64,000 nucleotides of DNA from NCBI GenBank assembly GCA_964491395.1, contig CAZBGI010000008.1, forward strand, positions 6,176 to 70,175, written 5' to 3'. This DNA is from an uncultured Bacteroidales bacterium (GTDB lineage: Bacteria > Bacteroidota > Bacteroidia > Bacteroidales > UBA7960). Below, one piece after another: positions 1-8,721 of the stretch. Every line of letters starts with the position of its first letter. Within the stretch, counting starts at the first letter, position 1. Both the position numbers and the translations under genes were made by a program. A model generated the notes under the pieces. The model was given only the letters and a program-made list of their open reading frames with translations, was not told the origin of the DNA and made no database searches.

Positions 1-354
1 AACAATGGCCCGGGTAGCCCAGTCTTTACTGATGTTGCTGATATCATCCAGTTCAGGAACCTCGCCGATAAGCATCAGGTAAAACAAACCCTCAGGCAGG
101 GGTTCTCCATGTTCACACAAACGGGGAATAGTTCTTCTCAACTCGGTCAGTGCCACTCCTCTGAATCGTATCCCTTCATTGGGGTCAAGCTTGGAGGTTT
201 CGGTAAGCAAACTCGGAATCCCTTTCATTCCTGAAAAAACATCCCCTATGGTTACTTTTCCTACCACAACATCCGAATGTTCTTTCCTTATTTTCTGGTA
301 TTCATCATATTTTTTCAGTGCTGCTTCATAAAAACGGTGTTTTATATATTCCAT
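1..354 (-). CDS. gltA: Citrate synthase, N-terminal 118 codons (rest of gene lies beyond the left edge)
   Basis: Not in the ORF track because it is open at the window edge. Hand translation from ATG at 354-352 gives MEYIKHRFYEAALKKYDEYQKIRKEHSDVVVGKVTIGDVFSGMKGIPSLLTETSKLDPNEGIRFRGVALTELRRTIPRLCEHGEPLPEGLFYLMLIGEVPELDDISNISKDWATRAIV. The GMKG...ETS.LDP.EGIRFRG and EPLPEGLF blocks match the N-terminal region of eukaryote-like citrate synthases. The frame stays open to base 1. Confidence 0.85.
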   Translation of the reverse strand, partial: MEYIKHRFYEAALKKYDEYQKIRKEHSDVVVGKVTIGDVFSGMKGIPSLLTETSKLDPNEGIRFRGVALTELRRTIPRLCEHGEPLPEGLFYLMLIGEVPELDDISNISKDWATRAIV

Positions 355-378
355 GGTTTTGGCTTTTTGGATTATGAA

Positions 379-1611
379 TCACTTTTCAGTTCGTTCTTTT
401 TTCAGGTTATGATCAATGGCTTCAAGGAATGCTTCTGTTGAAAGATAATGCTCCTGGGTCATTTTTCTTCCATGAATCAACAAAGCCAGATCTTTGGTCA
501 TCTGACCATTTTCCACCGTTTGGATACATACTTTTTCCAGGGTTTGGGCAAAATTTTCAAGCTCCGTATTTCCATCAAGTTTTCCTCTGAAAGCCAGTCC
601 ACGTGTCCAGGCAAAAATACTGGCAATAGGGTTGGTAGACGTGAGGTTCCCCTGCTGATGCTGACGGAAATGGCGTGTAACGGTTCCATGTGCCGCTTCT
701 GCTTCCATGGTTTTTCCGTCGGGTGTGATAAGGGTGGAGGTCATCAATCCCAATGAACCAAAGCCCTGTGCTACCGTATCGCTTTGTACATCCCCGTCAT
801 AGTTTTTACAGGCCCATACAAATCCCCCTTCCCATTTCAATGCGGCAGCCACCATGTCATCAATCAGCCTGTGTTCGTATGTAATACCGGCTTCAGCGAA
901 TTGGTTCTTAAATTCGTTATCAAATATTTCCTGAAAAATATCTTTAAAACGACCATCGTATTTTTTCAGGATGGTGTTTTTGGTAGAAAGATACAAAGGC
1001 CACTTTTTCATCAATGCCTGGTTCATACAAGCTCTGGCAAATCCGGCAATAGACTCGTCGGTATTGTACATGGCCATAGCTACTCCATCGTCTTCATACT
1101 GATGCACTTCATGTTGGATAGGCTCAGAGCCGTCGTCGGGAGTAAAGGTAATGGTAAGTTTTCCGGGGCCTTTGGTTAAAAAATCAGTGGCTCTGTATTG
1201 ATCTCCAAATGCATGCCTGCCAATGCAGATGGGTTGCGTCCAGCCGGGAACCAGCCTGGGGACGTTGGAAATCAGGATAGGCTCACGAAAAACTGTACCC
1301 CCAAGAATATTCCGGATGGTTCCGTTGGGAGAACGCCACATATGCTTCAATCCAAATTCGGCTACGCGCAGTTCATCAGGCGTAATGGTGGCACATTTTA
1401 TCCCCACACCATATTTTTTTATGGCATGTGCTGCATCTATGGTTACCTGATCATTGGTTTCATCACGATTTTCCATCCCCAGATCATAATATTTGATATC
1501 CATATCAAGATAAGGAAATATCAGTTTTTCCTTGATAAATCTCCATATTACGCGGGTCATCTCATCACCGTCTAATTCAACGACCGGGTTTTTTACTACA
1601 ATTTTACTCAT
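379..1611 (-). CDS. icd: NADP-dependent isocitrate dehydrogenase (eukaryote-like homodimeric type)
   Basis: 410 aa. [32 protein letters not shown] and NYDGDVQSD blocks are typical of the IDH1/IDP family. Sits directly upstream of citrate synthase on the same strand. Confidence 0.95.
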   Translation of the reverse strand: MSKIVVKNPVVELDGDEMTRVIWRFIKEKLIFPYLDMDIKYYDLGMENRDETNDQVTIDAAHAIKKYGVGIKCATITPDELRVAEFGLKHMWRSPNGTIRNILGGTVFREPILISNVPRLVPGWTQPICIGRHAFGDQYRATDFLTKGPGKLTITFTPDDGSEPIQHEVHQYEDDGVAMAMYNTDESIAGFARACMNQALMKKWPLYLSTKNTILKKYDGRFKDIFQEIFDNEFKNQFAEAGITYEHRLIDDMVAAALKWEGGFVWACKNYDGDVQSDTVAQGFGSLGLMTSTLITPDGKTMEAEAAHGTVTRHFRQHQQGNLTSTNPIASIFAWTRGLAFRGKLDGNTELENFAQTLEKVCIQTVENGQMTKDLALLIHGRKMTQEHYLSTEAFLEAIDHNLKKERTEK

Positions 1612-1821
1612 TGAAATAAGATTATTTGGTTTATGGGTTATTGGTTTTCGGGTTTTCTTGATGCACTAATTTTTGATTGAATACCAGTGCAAGGTTTTTA
1701 TGCTTTATTTTATAGGGTATACGATTGTAGAATTGAATAAAATTACAATTTTAAACAACAAAAAAAAGGGAAAGTTTGCATAATTACCTGTAAAAGGCAG
1801 ATTAAATGCGAATAAATGTAT

Positions 1822-4083
1822 TCAGAATGTCCAGCCAAGGTTTATGTAGGCAAGAAATTTTTTGTTCTGAGGACTCCAGGCAAAAGTTACTTCCATAGGA
1901 CCTAAACCGGAAAGGTATCCTATGCTGAGCCCGGCTCCTAACAGCAGATTGTCAGAAGAAAGATCGTGCATTGCCTCCAGTTGAAAATCGTAAAGTGCTG
2001 CATTAACAAGAGGACTCAGCAGGAACTCATCCCAGATATTGTATTGCCAGCCCAGCTTGCCGGCAATAACAGCATGCGAAATAACTTCATATTCATTCAA
2101 ACCGGCAAAAGTGAACTGATTTTTCAAGAAGGGATAAGTACCTCCTATGTTAAACATATTGATAAAACTCTGATTATAGAAGAAGTTATAACCTGCTTGC
2201 AATTGAGTAAAAGAAGTAAGGCGGGGCCCCATTTGAATATATGATTCCCAGTTAAATGCGGTTTGCAGATAATTATTAATTTCTATACCTGCCTCCCGAA
2301 GGTCGCTGCTGTAACTTCCATCGGGTTGCTTAAAATTCAACGAGGGGTGTTGGTTAAAAAAGAAGAGGGTATGAATATCAAAGCGGGCTCCACTTTGGGG
2401 GAAAGCCAGGCGGTTGAGGCTGTTATGGTTCCATCGCAGGAAGAGTTCCTGGGAGGCAGTATGGCCCCTGACAGAAAAATCAGTACGCAAATTGGGCGAT
2501 AAGCTTTGATAGTAAAGGGCCGTTCCTCCCGAAAAGTAACTGTTGGGACCGGTTAGACTCTTAAAAGAAGATTCAAGGCGAAAATAGCTCTGAGAGTATT
2601 CGGTCACATTTTCAAAATTTTCAAACACCGGAAATTCAATGTATTGTGCAAGCCCCTCAATGTTTATCCAGTTGTTTTGATTCTCGCCGGTAAAAATGTC
2701 AATGCCTCCTTTCAGAGCAGGTTGCTCACCCACCAAGACTTTTAGGTAAGCCCCGGTATTGAAAAAGAAAAATTTGTTGGTAGAAAGATTCCCTATCAAT
2801 CCTACTCCTGCAAAATTGTTGTAATGAATAGCAGCACCAAAACTTCCGAAAGGTTTTTCTTCAAAAGAAAACAGCAACCGGCCATTGATATTGTTTTCTG
2901 TAGGCGTAAATTTATAAGTAACCCTGTGGAAGTAATCGGTAGCATAGAGTTTTTTCACAATACTGGTAAGTTTTTCCTTGTTCAGGGTATCTCCCTGCTG
3001 AATAGAAACAGCATTTCTTACAAACCTGGTATTCACATTGTTTAATCCTTCAAACAGCAGTGTATCAGCAACAAAATCATGAATTTTTCGTAAATCGTTG
3101 TGAGAAACTTCATAAGTTGCCGAGTCAGTGGGCTGTTCTTCTTTTAGTTTCAAAAACTCTTCGATGTGCAACCTTCCCGCTATCTTGCCTTGCTCTATGA
3201 TGGCTTGTACATCCTGAAAACTGGCAGCGGTATAGGATTCCATGTCAGGTTCAATAAACAAATCAGTATGCCGGCGATTCTCGGCTAAACTCTGGGCACC
3301 CTGATAAAATCCCATCTGGTAAATTATATCAAGCGGCGTTTGCAATTCATCTGCTTTTCTAAGCCCTTGAGAAACATTGACTCCAATCACCTTTCCGGCA
3401 CCCATCTCTTTGGCTTTCATTACCGGGAAATTCATTGATACTCCCCCATCTATCAGTTTTTTTCCTTCTCTCTCTACGGTAGTAAATACAGTAGGAATCG
3501 CAACGCTCGCCCTTATAGCCTTGACAATATCGCCTGATTGCATAACAACGGCATCTCCGCTGGAAACATCGGTAGCAACGCAGGCAAAAGGAATAGGAAA
3601 CTGATTAAAATCATCCAGATTTCGTACATGAAAGAAAAGCCTTCCCAGCGTATTCCACATTTGCTGTCCTTCAATAGCTCCGGAGGGAATGACAAAACGC
3701 CAGTTCTCTATGGGTAGCTCCAGCATGGTTTTCCCATGGAAGTCCCGTTTTCCCGGGTGAGTGAAAACCAGTTCCGACCGTCGCGAAAACATATTCTCCC
3801 AATCCAGGGAGAGAGCTATCTCTTCTATCTCCTTTGCACTATAACCTACTGAATACATCCCTCCTATCACAGCTCCCATGCTGGTGCCGGTAACGTAATC
3901 AATTTTCAGATCAAGACTATCAATAACATGCAATACTCCGATATGCGCAAAACCTTTGGCTCCCCCACCACTTAAAGTAAGCCCTATACCCGTTTTCATC
4001 GTTGCTGGGTTGTGTGCATGTGCTGAAAGCAAGAAGGCAAAATGGCTGAAAAGGAAAAATCCCACTAAAATCTTATTCATCAT
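1822..4083 (-). CDS. Patatin-like phospholipase fused to an Omp85-type beta-barrel (PlpD-like)
   Basis: 753 aa with a signal peptide. Patatin oxyanion and nucleophile motifs SGGGAKG and GTSMG lie at the N terminus. The long C-terminal aromatic/Gly-rich region ends in ..INLGWTF, an outer-membrane barrel terminus. Confidence 0.8.
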   Translation of the reverse strand: MMNKILVGFFLFSHFAFLLSAHAHNPATMKTGIGLTLSGGGAKGFAHIGVLHVIDSLDLKIDYVTGTSMGAVIGGMYSVGYSAKEIEEIALSLDWENMFSRRSELVFTHPGKRDFHGKTMLELPIENWRFVIPSGAIEGQQMWNTLGRLFFHVRNLDDFNQFPIPFACVATDVSSGDAVVMQSGDIVKAIRASVAIPTVFTTVEREGKKLIDGGVSMNFPVMKAKEMGAGKVIGVNVSQGLRKADELQTPLDIIYQMGFYQGAQSLAENRRHTDLFIEPDMESYTAASFQDVQAIIEQGKIAGRLHIEEFLKLKEEQPTDSATYEVSHNDLRKIHDFVADTLLFEGLNNVNTRFVRNAVSIQQGDTLNKEKLTSIVKKLYATDYFHRVTYKFTPTENNINGRLLFSFEEKPFGSFGAAIHYNNFAGVGLIGNLSTNKFFFFNTGAYLKVLVGEQPALKGGIDIFTGENQNNWINIEGLAQYIEFPVFENFENVTEYSQSYFRLESSFKSLTGPNSYFSGGTALYYQSLSPNLRTDFSVRGHTASQELFLRWNHNSLNRLAFPQSGARFDIHTLFFFNQHPSLNFKQPDGSYSSDLREAGIEINNYLQTAFNWESYIQMGPRLTSFTQLQAGYNFFYNQSFINMFNIGGTYPFLKNQFTFAGLNEYEVISHAVIAGKLGWQYNIWDEFLLSPLVNAALYDFQLEAMHDLSSDNLLLGAGLSIGYLSGLGPMEVTFAWSPQNKKFLAYINLGWTF

Positions 4084-4246
4084 TTGTCGTCTTTTTTCAG
4101 TAAAAAATCACTTGTTATACTTCCCTCTGGGCCTGACAAATCAACTTAAAAACAAGCCTTTCAAATATAATACATTTATTTCTGTATAAAAAAGCTCTTC
4201 TTCTATAAAATTGATAAATTGTATGAAGAATTATTTTTAGATTTTG

Positions 4247-4254
4247 TACTTTTG
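4247..4254 (+). promoter_or_regulatory. Bacteroidetes -7 promoter box (TACTTTTG)
   Basis: Exact match to TAnnTTTG in the intergenic region upstream of the 4391 gene. The 137-nt distance to the ATG is rather long. Confidence 0.3.
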
Positions 4255-4390
4255 AATATATAGACAACAAAGACGACTAATAAAAAGCATATTTTCAAAT
4301 AAGCAATAGCGAGGTTTGCTTTTTAGAAAAAGTATCATTCCAACGTACAAAACACACATCGGATTATTCACAAATTAATATTAAAATACT

Positions 4391-6952
4391 ATGAAGAAAT
4401 TTTACAACCCGTTGTTATGGCTGGTTTTCATCAGTGTAACATTTACCTCCCTTGGACAGGTGAGTTATGAAGTACCCTCCGACGATTTTCCCGACCTGGC
4501 TTCTGTGGTTACATTCATCAATTCTAATCCTGCCGGTGATGATGGCATGGTTTTTACCATCAGTGGCGATACAACCTTCGACGAACCTTTACTTACCCTG
4601 ACTGCACAAACAGAACCCTCCGCCCCCTACATTATCCAATGGGATGAACAAGGAAGTAAGCCCATTGTAAATTTCAGCGGCACATCGGCTGATGCGGAAG
4701 CCGGAATTACTTTCCAGGGGGCAAGAGGCATCATTGTTGACGGATTGGATATCAGAAACCCGGAGGGGATGCTGGAATACGGTGTTTTCCTCACCAATGC
4801 TGACGCCGAAACGGGTTCGCAACACAATGTCATTCGCAATACCCACATCACCCTTAACAAAACCAACCCTAACCCAACCAATGGTATCAGAGCCTTTCCC
4901 AGCTTTGAACAAACCAGTCAGGAGGGCTCCAACAGCAACAATTCTTTTGTTAACAACCATATATCTGATGTATTGATTGGCTACCAGCTCGATTCCGATA
5001 CCGGTGAAGTAGACCTTATGGATACAGGAAACACTATTGTTTCAACTGAGGATGGAAATCATATCATTGAGGATATTGTTTTCAGCGGTGTTTACTTGCT
5101 CAATCAGAATGGTGCTGTGATTGATGGTATCCATATTCTGAACCTGAACCGACCGGATGACGGCACCAACACTGCTCCGGCATCCATCTCCACAACAGGG
5201 ACACTTCCCGGAGGTGATTTAACAGAACCTTTCGTAATATCCAATAACAGGCTGGAAGGTCAGTTTTCTGAGTCCACCAGTATTTTTGGAATGTACCTTA
5301 ACCAGCGAAATGTGCACTACGACATTTTTAACAATGTCTTGAATGACATTACCTCCGATAATACAGGCACTTCTTATGCATCAGGTATTTTTATTTTTGC
5401 CACGGGAGCTACGGCAGATATCTATAACAATATGATTTCCGGTCTGGCTTCCCCTGCTTCCTCTGGAATTTCTGTCAGAGGCCTGTATCTAAGAACCTTT
5501 GTGAGTGTAAATGTTTTCTACAACAGTGTATTGATTGATTATGAGGCGACCCACTCCGAAAATGTGTCTGCTGCCTTAAGCATACATAACAGCAGCGATC
5601 CTGTTGACTTGAGAAACAATATTTTTGTTAATAAAACCACACTCCCATTGGGTAGCCAAGGATTTGCTACAGCATTTCTGAAAAACACAGCTGCTTTAGA
5701 AAATATTCAAACCCAATCGGACAATAACATTTACTATGCAGGCACTCCCTCAGCTCAAAACCTGATTTTTCGTGGTAGTACTACAGCCATGGATCAAACC
5801 CTTGCCGATTATAAACTTCGTGCTGCCACCTTTGATCAGAACAGTTACACCGAAGATGTTCCTTTCATTGCTTCCGACGATTTGCATGTTGACCCGCTGG
5901 CATCCACCCTGGTCAGGGGCAATGCACAGCCTGTTACCCAACCCTTTGCCATAACAGAGGATATTGATGGCATGCTGCGCGACGCCGATAATCCTGATAT
6001 CGGGTGTGACGAGCTTCCTTTGGACCTACCAGACGTTGCCACGAATCCAACTCCGGCAGATGGAGAGATGGATATTTCTTATATGCTGGGAGTGCTGCAA
6101 TGGGATTACCTTGAAAATCCCTATTTTGTCAACCCTGCAGGTTTTAAAGTGTATTTTGGAGAAAATGAAGTATTAACGGAGTCCGATTATATAGGATGGA
6201 TTGAATATGAAGAAGGTGAAGAATCGTTTTCTGCAGATATCGATGTGCTGGATTACACGAAAACCTACTATTGGAGCATAGTTCCCTCTCTTGATGAGGT
6301 TAATGGACCAGATGCAGAACAGCCCCAGGTATGGTCTTTTACCACAGAAGCCTTCACTTATGATTATCCCAATCCGGCTGAAAACCCTCAACCGGCCAAC
6401 AATGCTGAAAATGTAAACATCGACATTTCCTCTCTATCGTGGGAGTATATTTATAATGAAATGTTTGCGGAACCTGCCGGATTCCTGGTTTATTTCGGTG
6501 AAAGCGAAAACTTTACCGGGGAGGATTTGATAGGATGGGTAGTGTATGATGACAAAGAGCAAAACTATTCCTTATCCCTTGAATCCATCGAATTGGAAGC
6601 ACTGACAAATTATTACTGGAAAGTTATTCCTACTGTAAATCAGGAGGAAGGCCCTGAAGCAGAAAATCAGGAAACCTGGAGTTTTACCACTGACGAACAG
6701 GTTGGAGTTATTGATAAGGAAACGAATCCTTTCCTCATGTACCCCAATCCTGCTTCTGCCAGGCTCTTTCTGAAAGTTCCCCAACAGGGACTCCTTCGTA
6801 TTGTAAGTATTGATGGCCGTATTGTAAAAGAACAAAAGGTAGTTGATACTTCTGCAGAGGTAAGTCTGACCGACCTGGAAGAAGGAATTTACCTGGTAAA
6901 TTTCGTGTCGGTTCAGCAGCAAATTAGCCGTCTTTTGCACATTAAAAAATAG
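4391..6952 (+). CDS. Secreted parallel beta-helix protein with two tandem FN3-like modules and a T9SS C-terminal sorting domain
   Basis: 853 aa with signal peptide MKKFYNPLLWLVFISVTFTSLGQ. Recurrent NN.I/NN.F beta-helix rungs. Two paralogous modules of about 110 aa (nt ~6037-6350 and ~6367-6698, both ending W(S/S)FTT(E/D)). C terminus MYPNPASARLFLKV...GIYLVNFVS is typical of the T9SS type A CTD. Confidence 0.75.
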   Translation: MKKFYNPLLWLVFISVTFTSLGQVSYEVPSDDFPDLASVVTFINSNPAGDDGMVFTISGDTTFDEPLLTLTAQTEPSAPYIIQWDEQGSKPIVNFSGTSADAEAGITFQGARGIIVDGLDIRNPEGMLEYGVFLTNADAETGSQHNVIRNTHITLNKTNPNPTNGIRAFPSFEQTSQEGSNSNNSFVNNHISDVLIGYQLDSDTGEVDLMDTGNTIVSTEDGNHIIEDIVFSGVYLLNQNGAVIDGIHILNLNRPDDGTNTAPASISTTGTLPGGDLTEPFVISNNRLEGQFSESTSIFGMYLNQRNVHYDIFNNVLNDITSDNTGTSYASGIFIFATGATADIYNNMISGLASPASSGISVRGLYLRTFVSVNVFYNSVLIDYEATHSENVSAALSIHNSSDPVDLRNNIFVNKTTLPLGSQGFATAFLKNTAALENIQTQSDNNIYYAGTPSAQNLIFRGSTTAMDQTLADYKLRAATFDQNSYTEDVPFIASDDLHVDPLASTLVRGNAQPVTQPFAITEDIDGMLRDADNPDIGCDELPLDLPDVATNPTPADGEMDISYMLGVLQWDYLENPYFVNPAGFKVYFGENEVLTESDYIGWIEYEEGEESFSADIDVLDYTKTYYWSIVPSLDEVNGPDAEQPQVWSFTTEAFTYDYPNPAENPQPANNAENVNIDISSLSWEYIYNEMFAEPAGFLVYFGESENFTGEDLIGWVVYDDKEQNYSLSLESIELEALTNYYWKVIPTVNQEEGPEAENQETWSFTTDEQVGVIDKETNPFLMYPNPASARLFLKVPQQGLLRIVSIDGRIVKEQKVVDTSAEVSLTDLEEGIYLVNFVSVQQQISRLLHIKK

Positions 6953-6968
6953 ATTCATCCCTAAACTA

Positions 6969-7014
6969 AGAATGTTGTCTGGGTGCTGATTTCATCCCGG
7001 GCAGCATTCTTTTG
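6969..7014 (+). terminator. Rho-independent terminator after the 4391-6952 gene
   Basis: 15-bp stem agaatgttgtctggg / cccgggcagcattct. Its three mismatches are all G-U pairs on the plus-strand transcript. A 12-nt loop follows, then TTTT. Confidence 0.55.
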
Positions 7015-7112
7015 ATATCCTGTTTTAAGCTGAAAGAATTTAAATTATCCCCTTACCTTTACAGAGGATTATTTTTACAAAACAATGCCATCAGCATTAA
7101 ATTCTAAAACTC

Positions 7113-7301
7113 ATGAAACGATTAAGAAAAAACCAGAACCGGATGATTTTTGGTGTTTGCGGAGCATTGGGTGAATACTTCCATATCGATCCCACCCTCA
7201 TTAGAATCCTTTTTCTGATTAGCATTATTTTTTATGGTACCGGGTTGTTGTTATACCTGATTCTTGCCATTGTGATTCCTGAGGGTTATTATGAGTATTG
7301 A
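7113..7301 (+). CDS. PspC-domain membrane protein
   Basis: 62 aa. R.....MIFGVCGALGEYFHIDPTLIRILF followed by one transmembrane segment is the PspC-domain pattern. Confidence 0.75.
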   Translation: MKRLRKNQNRMIFGVCGALGEYFHIDPTLIRILFLISIIFYGTGLLLYLILAIVIPEGYYEY

Positions 7302-7785
7302 TGTTGTATTGCTATCTTTGGGTATTCTTTGCCTTATACTTGGGGTTTTGGGGGCCTTTATTCCAGTGTTGCCGGGTCCTCCGGTGAGTTTTGCAGGATT
7401 GTTGCTGATTCATTTCACCGACTTTGCTGATATCTCTCCTAATATTTTGTATACCCTGGGGATATTGGCTTTGTTCATTACCGTGGCAGATTATCTTTTG
7501 CCCATATGGGGAACACGCATAGGCAAAGGAAGTAAACATGGCGTTTTCGGGGCCACCGTTGGATTGATAGCAGGCATCTTATTTTTCCCCCCTCTGGGTG
7601 CCATCATTGGTCCAATTGCCGGAGCCTGGCTGGCCGAAAGAGTCAATGGCAAAAATAACAACGACGCATTTCGTTCTGCCCTGGGCAGCTTCATGGGTTT
7701 GCTCTTCGAAGTGGTACTAAAAATTGTTTTCGCTGTCGTTGCTATAGGATATGCCTTATCTGGAATGATTATAAATTCACCCTGA
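7291..7785 (+). CDS. DUF456-like integral membrane protein
   Basis: 164 aa with four hydrophobic segments. The LPGPP..F.GLLL motif after the first helix is as I remember for DUF456. An 11-nt overlap with the PspC gene suggests co-translation. Confidence 0.6.
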   Translation: MSIDVVLLSLGILCLILGVLGAFIPVLPGPPVSFAGLLLIHFTDFADISPNILYTLGILALFITVADYLLPIWGTRIGKGSKHGVFGATVGLIAGILFFPPLGAIIGPIAGAWLAERVNGKNNNDAFRSALGSFMGLLFEVVLKIVFAVVAIGYALSGMIINSP

Positions 7786-7822
7786 AGGTGGATCATGTCT
7801 GAAGAAAGCGATTTTTTTTTGC

Positions 7823-7830
7823 TAAATTTG
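7823..7830 (+). promoter_or_regulatory. Bacteroidetes -7 promoter box (TAAATTTG) for the methyltransferase/peptide/radical SAM cassette
   Basis: Exact TAnnTTTG match 36 nt upstream of ATG 7866. It is the only such box before the three same-strand genes. Confidence 0.45.
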
Positions 7831-7865
7831 CATTCGCATATAAATACTTATATACTTAGAAAATC

Positions 7866-8510
7866 ATGACACAACAGTTCACACAAGCCATTTCACGCCG
7901 ATACGATGAATTATCAGGTCAGGAATGCTGCCTGTCCTGTGGAGGAGCCATTAATTATGCCGATATACAACCCGGGTACAAATGTGCTGATTTAGGCTCA
8001 GGTAAGGGGTTTGATGTATTGAAAATGGCCACCATGGCAGGGCCCGAAGGGTTCGCCTGGGGAATTGATGTTTCCGATGCTATGATGGATACCGCCAGAG
8101 AAAACGCACGAAAGCTGAATCTGGATAATGTTGAATTCATAAAAAGTGAACTCGAGGACATCCGTCTTGAGAGCGAAACCCTTGATTTGATCCTATCCAA
8201 CTGCACCCTCAACCACAGCTTAGATCAAGGAAAGGTATGGAAAGAAATCTATCGTGTTTTAAAACCTGGCGGTTGTTTTGTAGTAAGTGATATATTCTCA
8301 ACAGAAGAAGTCCCCGGGAAATACAGGAATGATCCGGAAGCAGTGGCCCAATGCTGGGCAGGAGCTGTTACCAAAGAGACATATTTTCACCATTTGAAAG
8401 AAGCCGGTTTTCAGTCTGTAGAAATTATCGAGGAATCAGAACCTTATGCCAAAGGAGAAATTCACGTTAGCAGTTTTACCATCAAAGGATGTAAACCCGA
8501 TAAAAAATAA
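7866..8510 (+). CDS. ArsM-like class I SAM-dependent methyltransferase (short form, 214 aa)
   Basis: SAM-binding DLGSGKGFDV. The blocks GIDVSDAMMDTARENARKLNLDNVEFIKSE, LILSNCTLN and VLKPGGCFVVSDI closely resemble arsenite methyltransferases. Cys21/22/25 (ECCLSCGG), Cys113 (SNC) and Cys163 (QCWAGA) are present, and Cys163 lies exactly 50 residues after Cys113. Confidence 0.8.
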   Translation: MTQQFTQAISRRYDELSGQECCLSCGGAINYADIQPGYKCADLGSGKGFDVLKMATMAGPEGFAWGIDVSDAMMDTARENARKLNLDNVEFIKSELEDIRLESETLDLILSNCTLNHSLDQGKVWKEIYRVLKPGGCFVVSDIFSTEEVPGKYRNDPEAVAQCWAGAVTKETYFHHLKEAGFQSVEIIEESEPYAKGEIHVSSFTIKGCKPDKK

Positions 8511-8584
8511 ACCATGTCTGCATGGATTTTTTGTACCTTGCAGCACGATTTCGATATATTTTTTTACCCAAACAAAAGATTATT

Positions 8585-8686
8585 ATGAGAAACTTAGTAA
8601 AAAAAACCACACAACAAACAACAGAAAAAAAACAAGCACAATGCTGTGCTAAACTTTCTAAAAACCAAGTGGGTTGCCACGATTAA
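8585..8686 (+). CDS. Unannotated 33-aa Cys-bearing small ORF, candidate precursor/substrate peptide of the adjacent radical SAM-SPASM enzyme
   Basis: Hand-translated because it is below the 60-aa cutoff of the ORF track. ATG 8585-8587, TAA 8684-8686, product MRNLVKKTTQQTTEKKQAQCCAKLSKNQVGCHD. Same strand as its neighbours, 74 nt after the methyltransferase stop and 35 nt before the radical SAM start. It has a Lys/Thr/Gln-rich N-terminal half and three Cys in the C-terminal 14 residues. Coding status is not proven. Confidence 0.5.
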   Translation: MRNLVKKTTQQTTEKKQAQCCAKLSKNQVGCHD

Positions 8687-8721
8687 TCTGATTTTTATCC
8701 CGGATAGAACCCTTACCTGCT

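Noticed and set aside
8514-8588. 24-codon ORF (MSAWIFCTLQHDFDIFFYPNKRLL) whose TGA overlaps the ATG of the 33-aa ORF (ATGA)
   Set aside because: The start/stop overlap is suggestive of coupling, but the sequence is hydrophobic junk-like and covers the probable promoter/UTR. I have no supporting feature, so I do not call it.
8446-8652. 68-aa track ORF spanning the methyltransferase 3' end and the intergenic gap
   Set aside because: It overlaps the end of the methyltransferase in another frame, and its tail (..KKNHTTNNRKKTSTMLC) is simply the wrong-frame reading of the A-rich leader of the 33-aa ORF. The 8585-8686 frame gives the more sensible stand-alone peptide.
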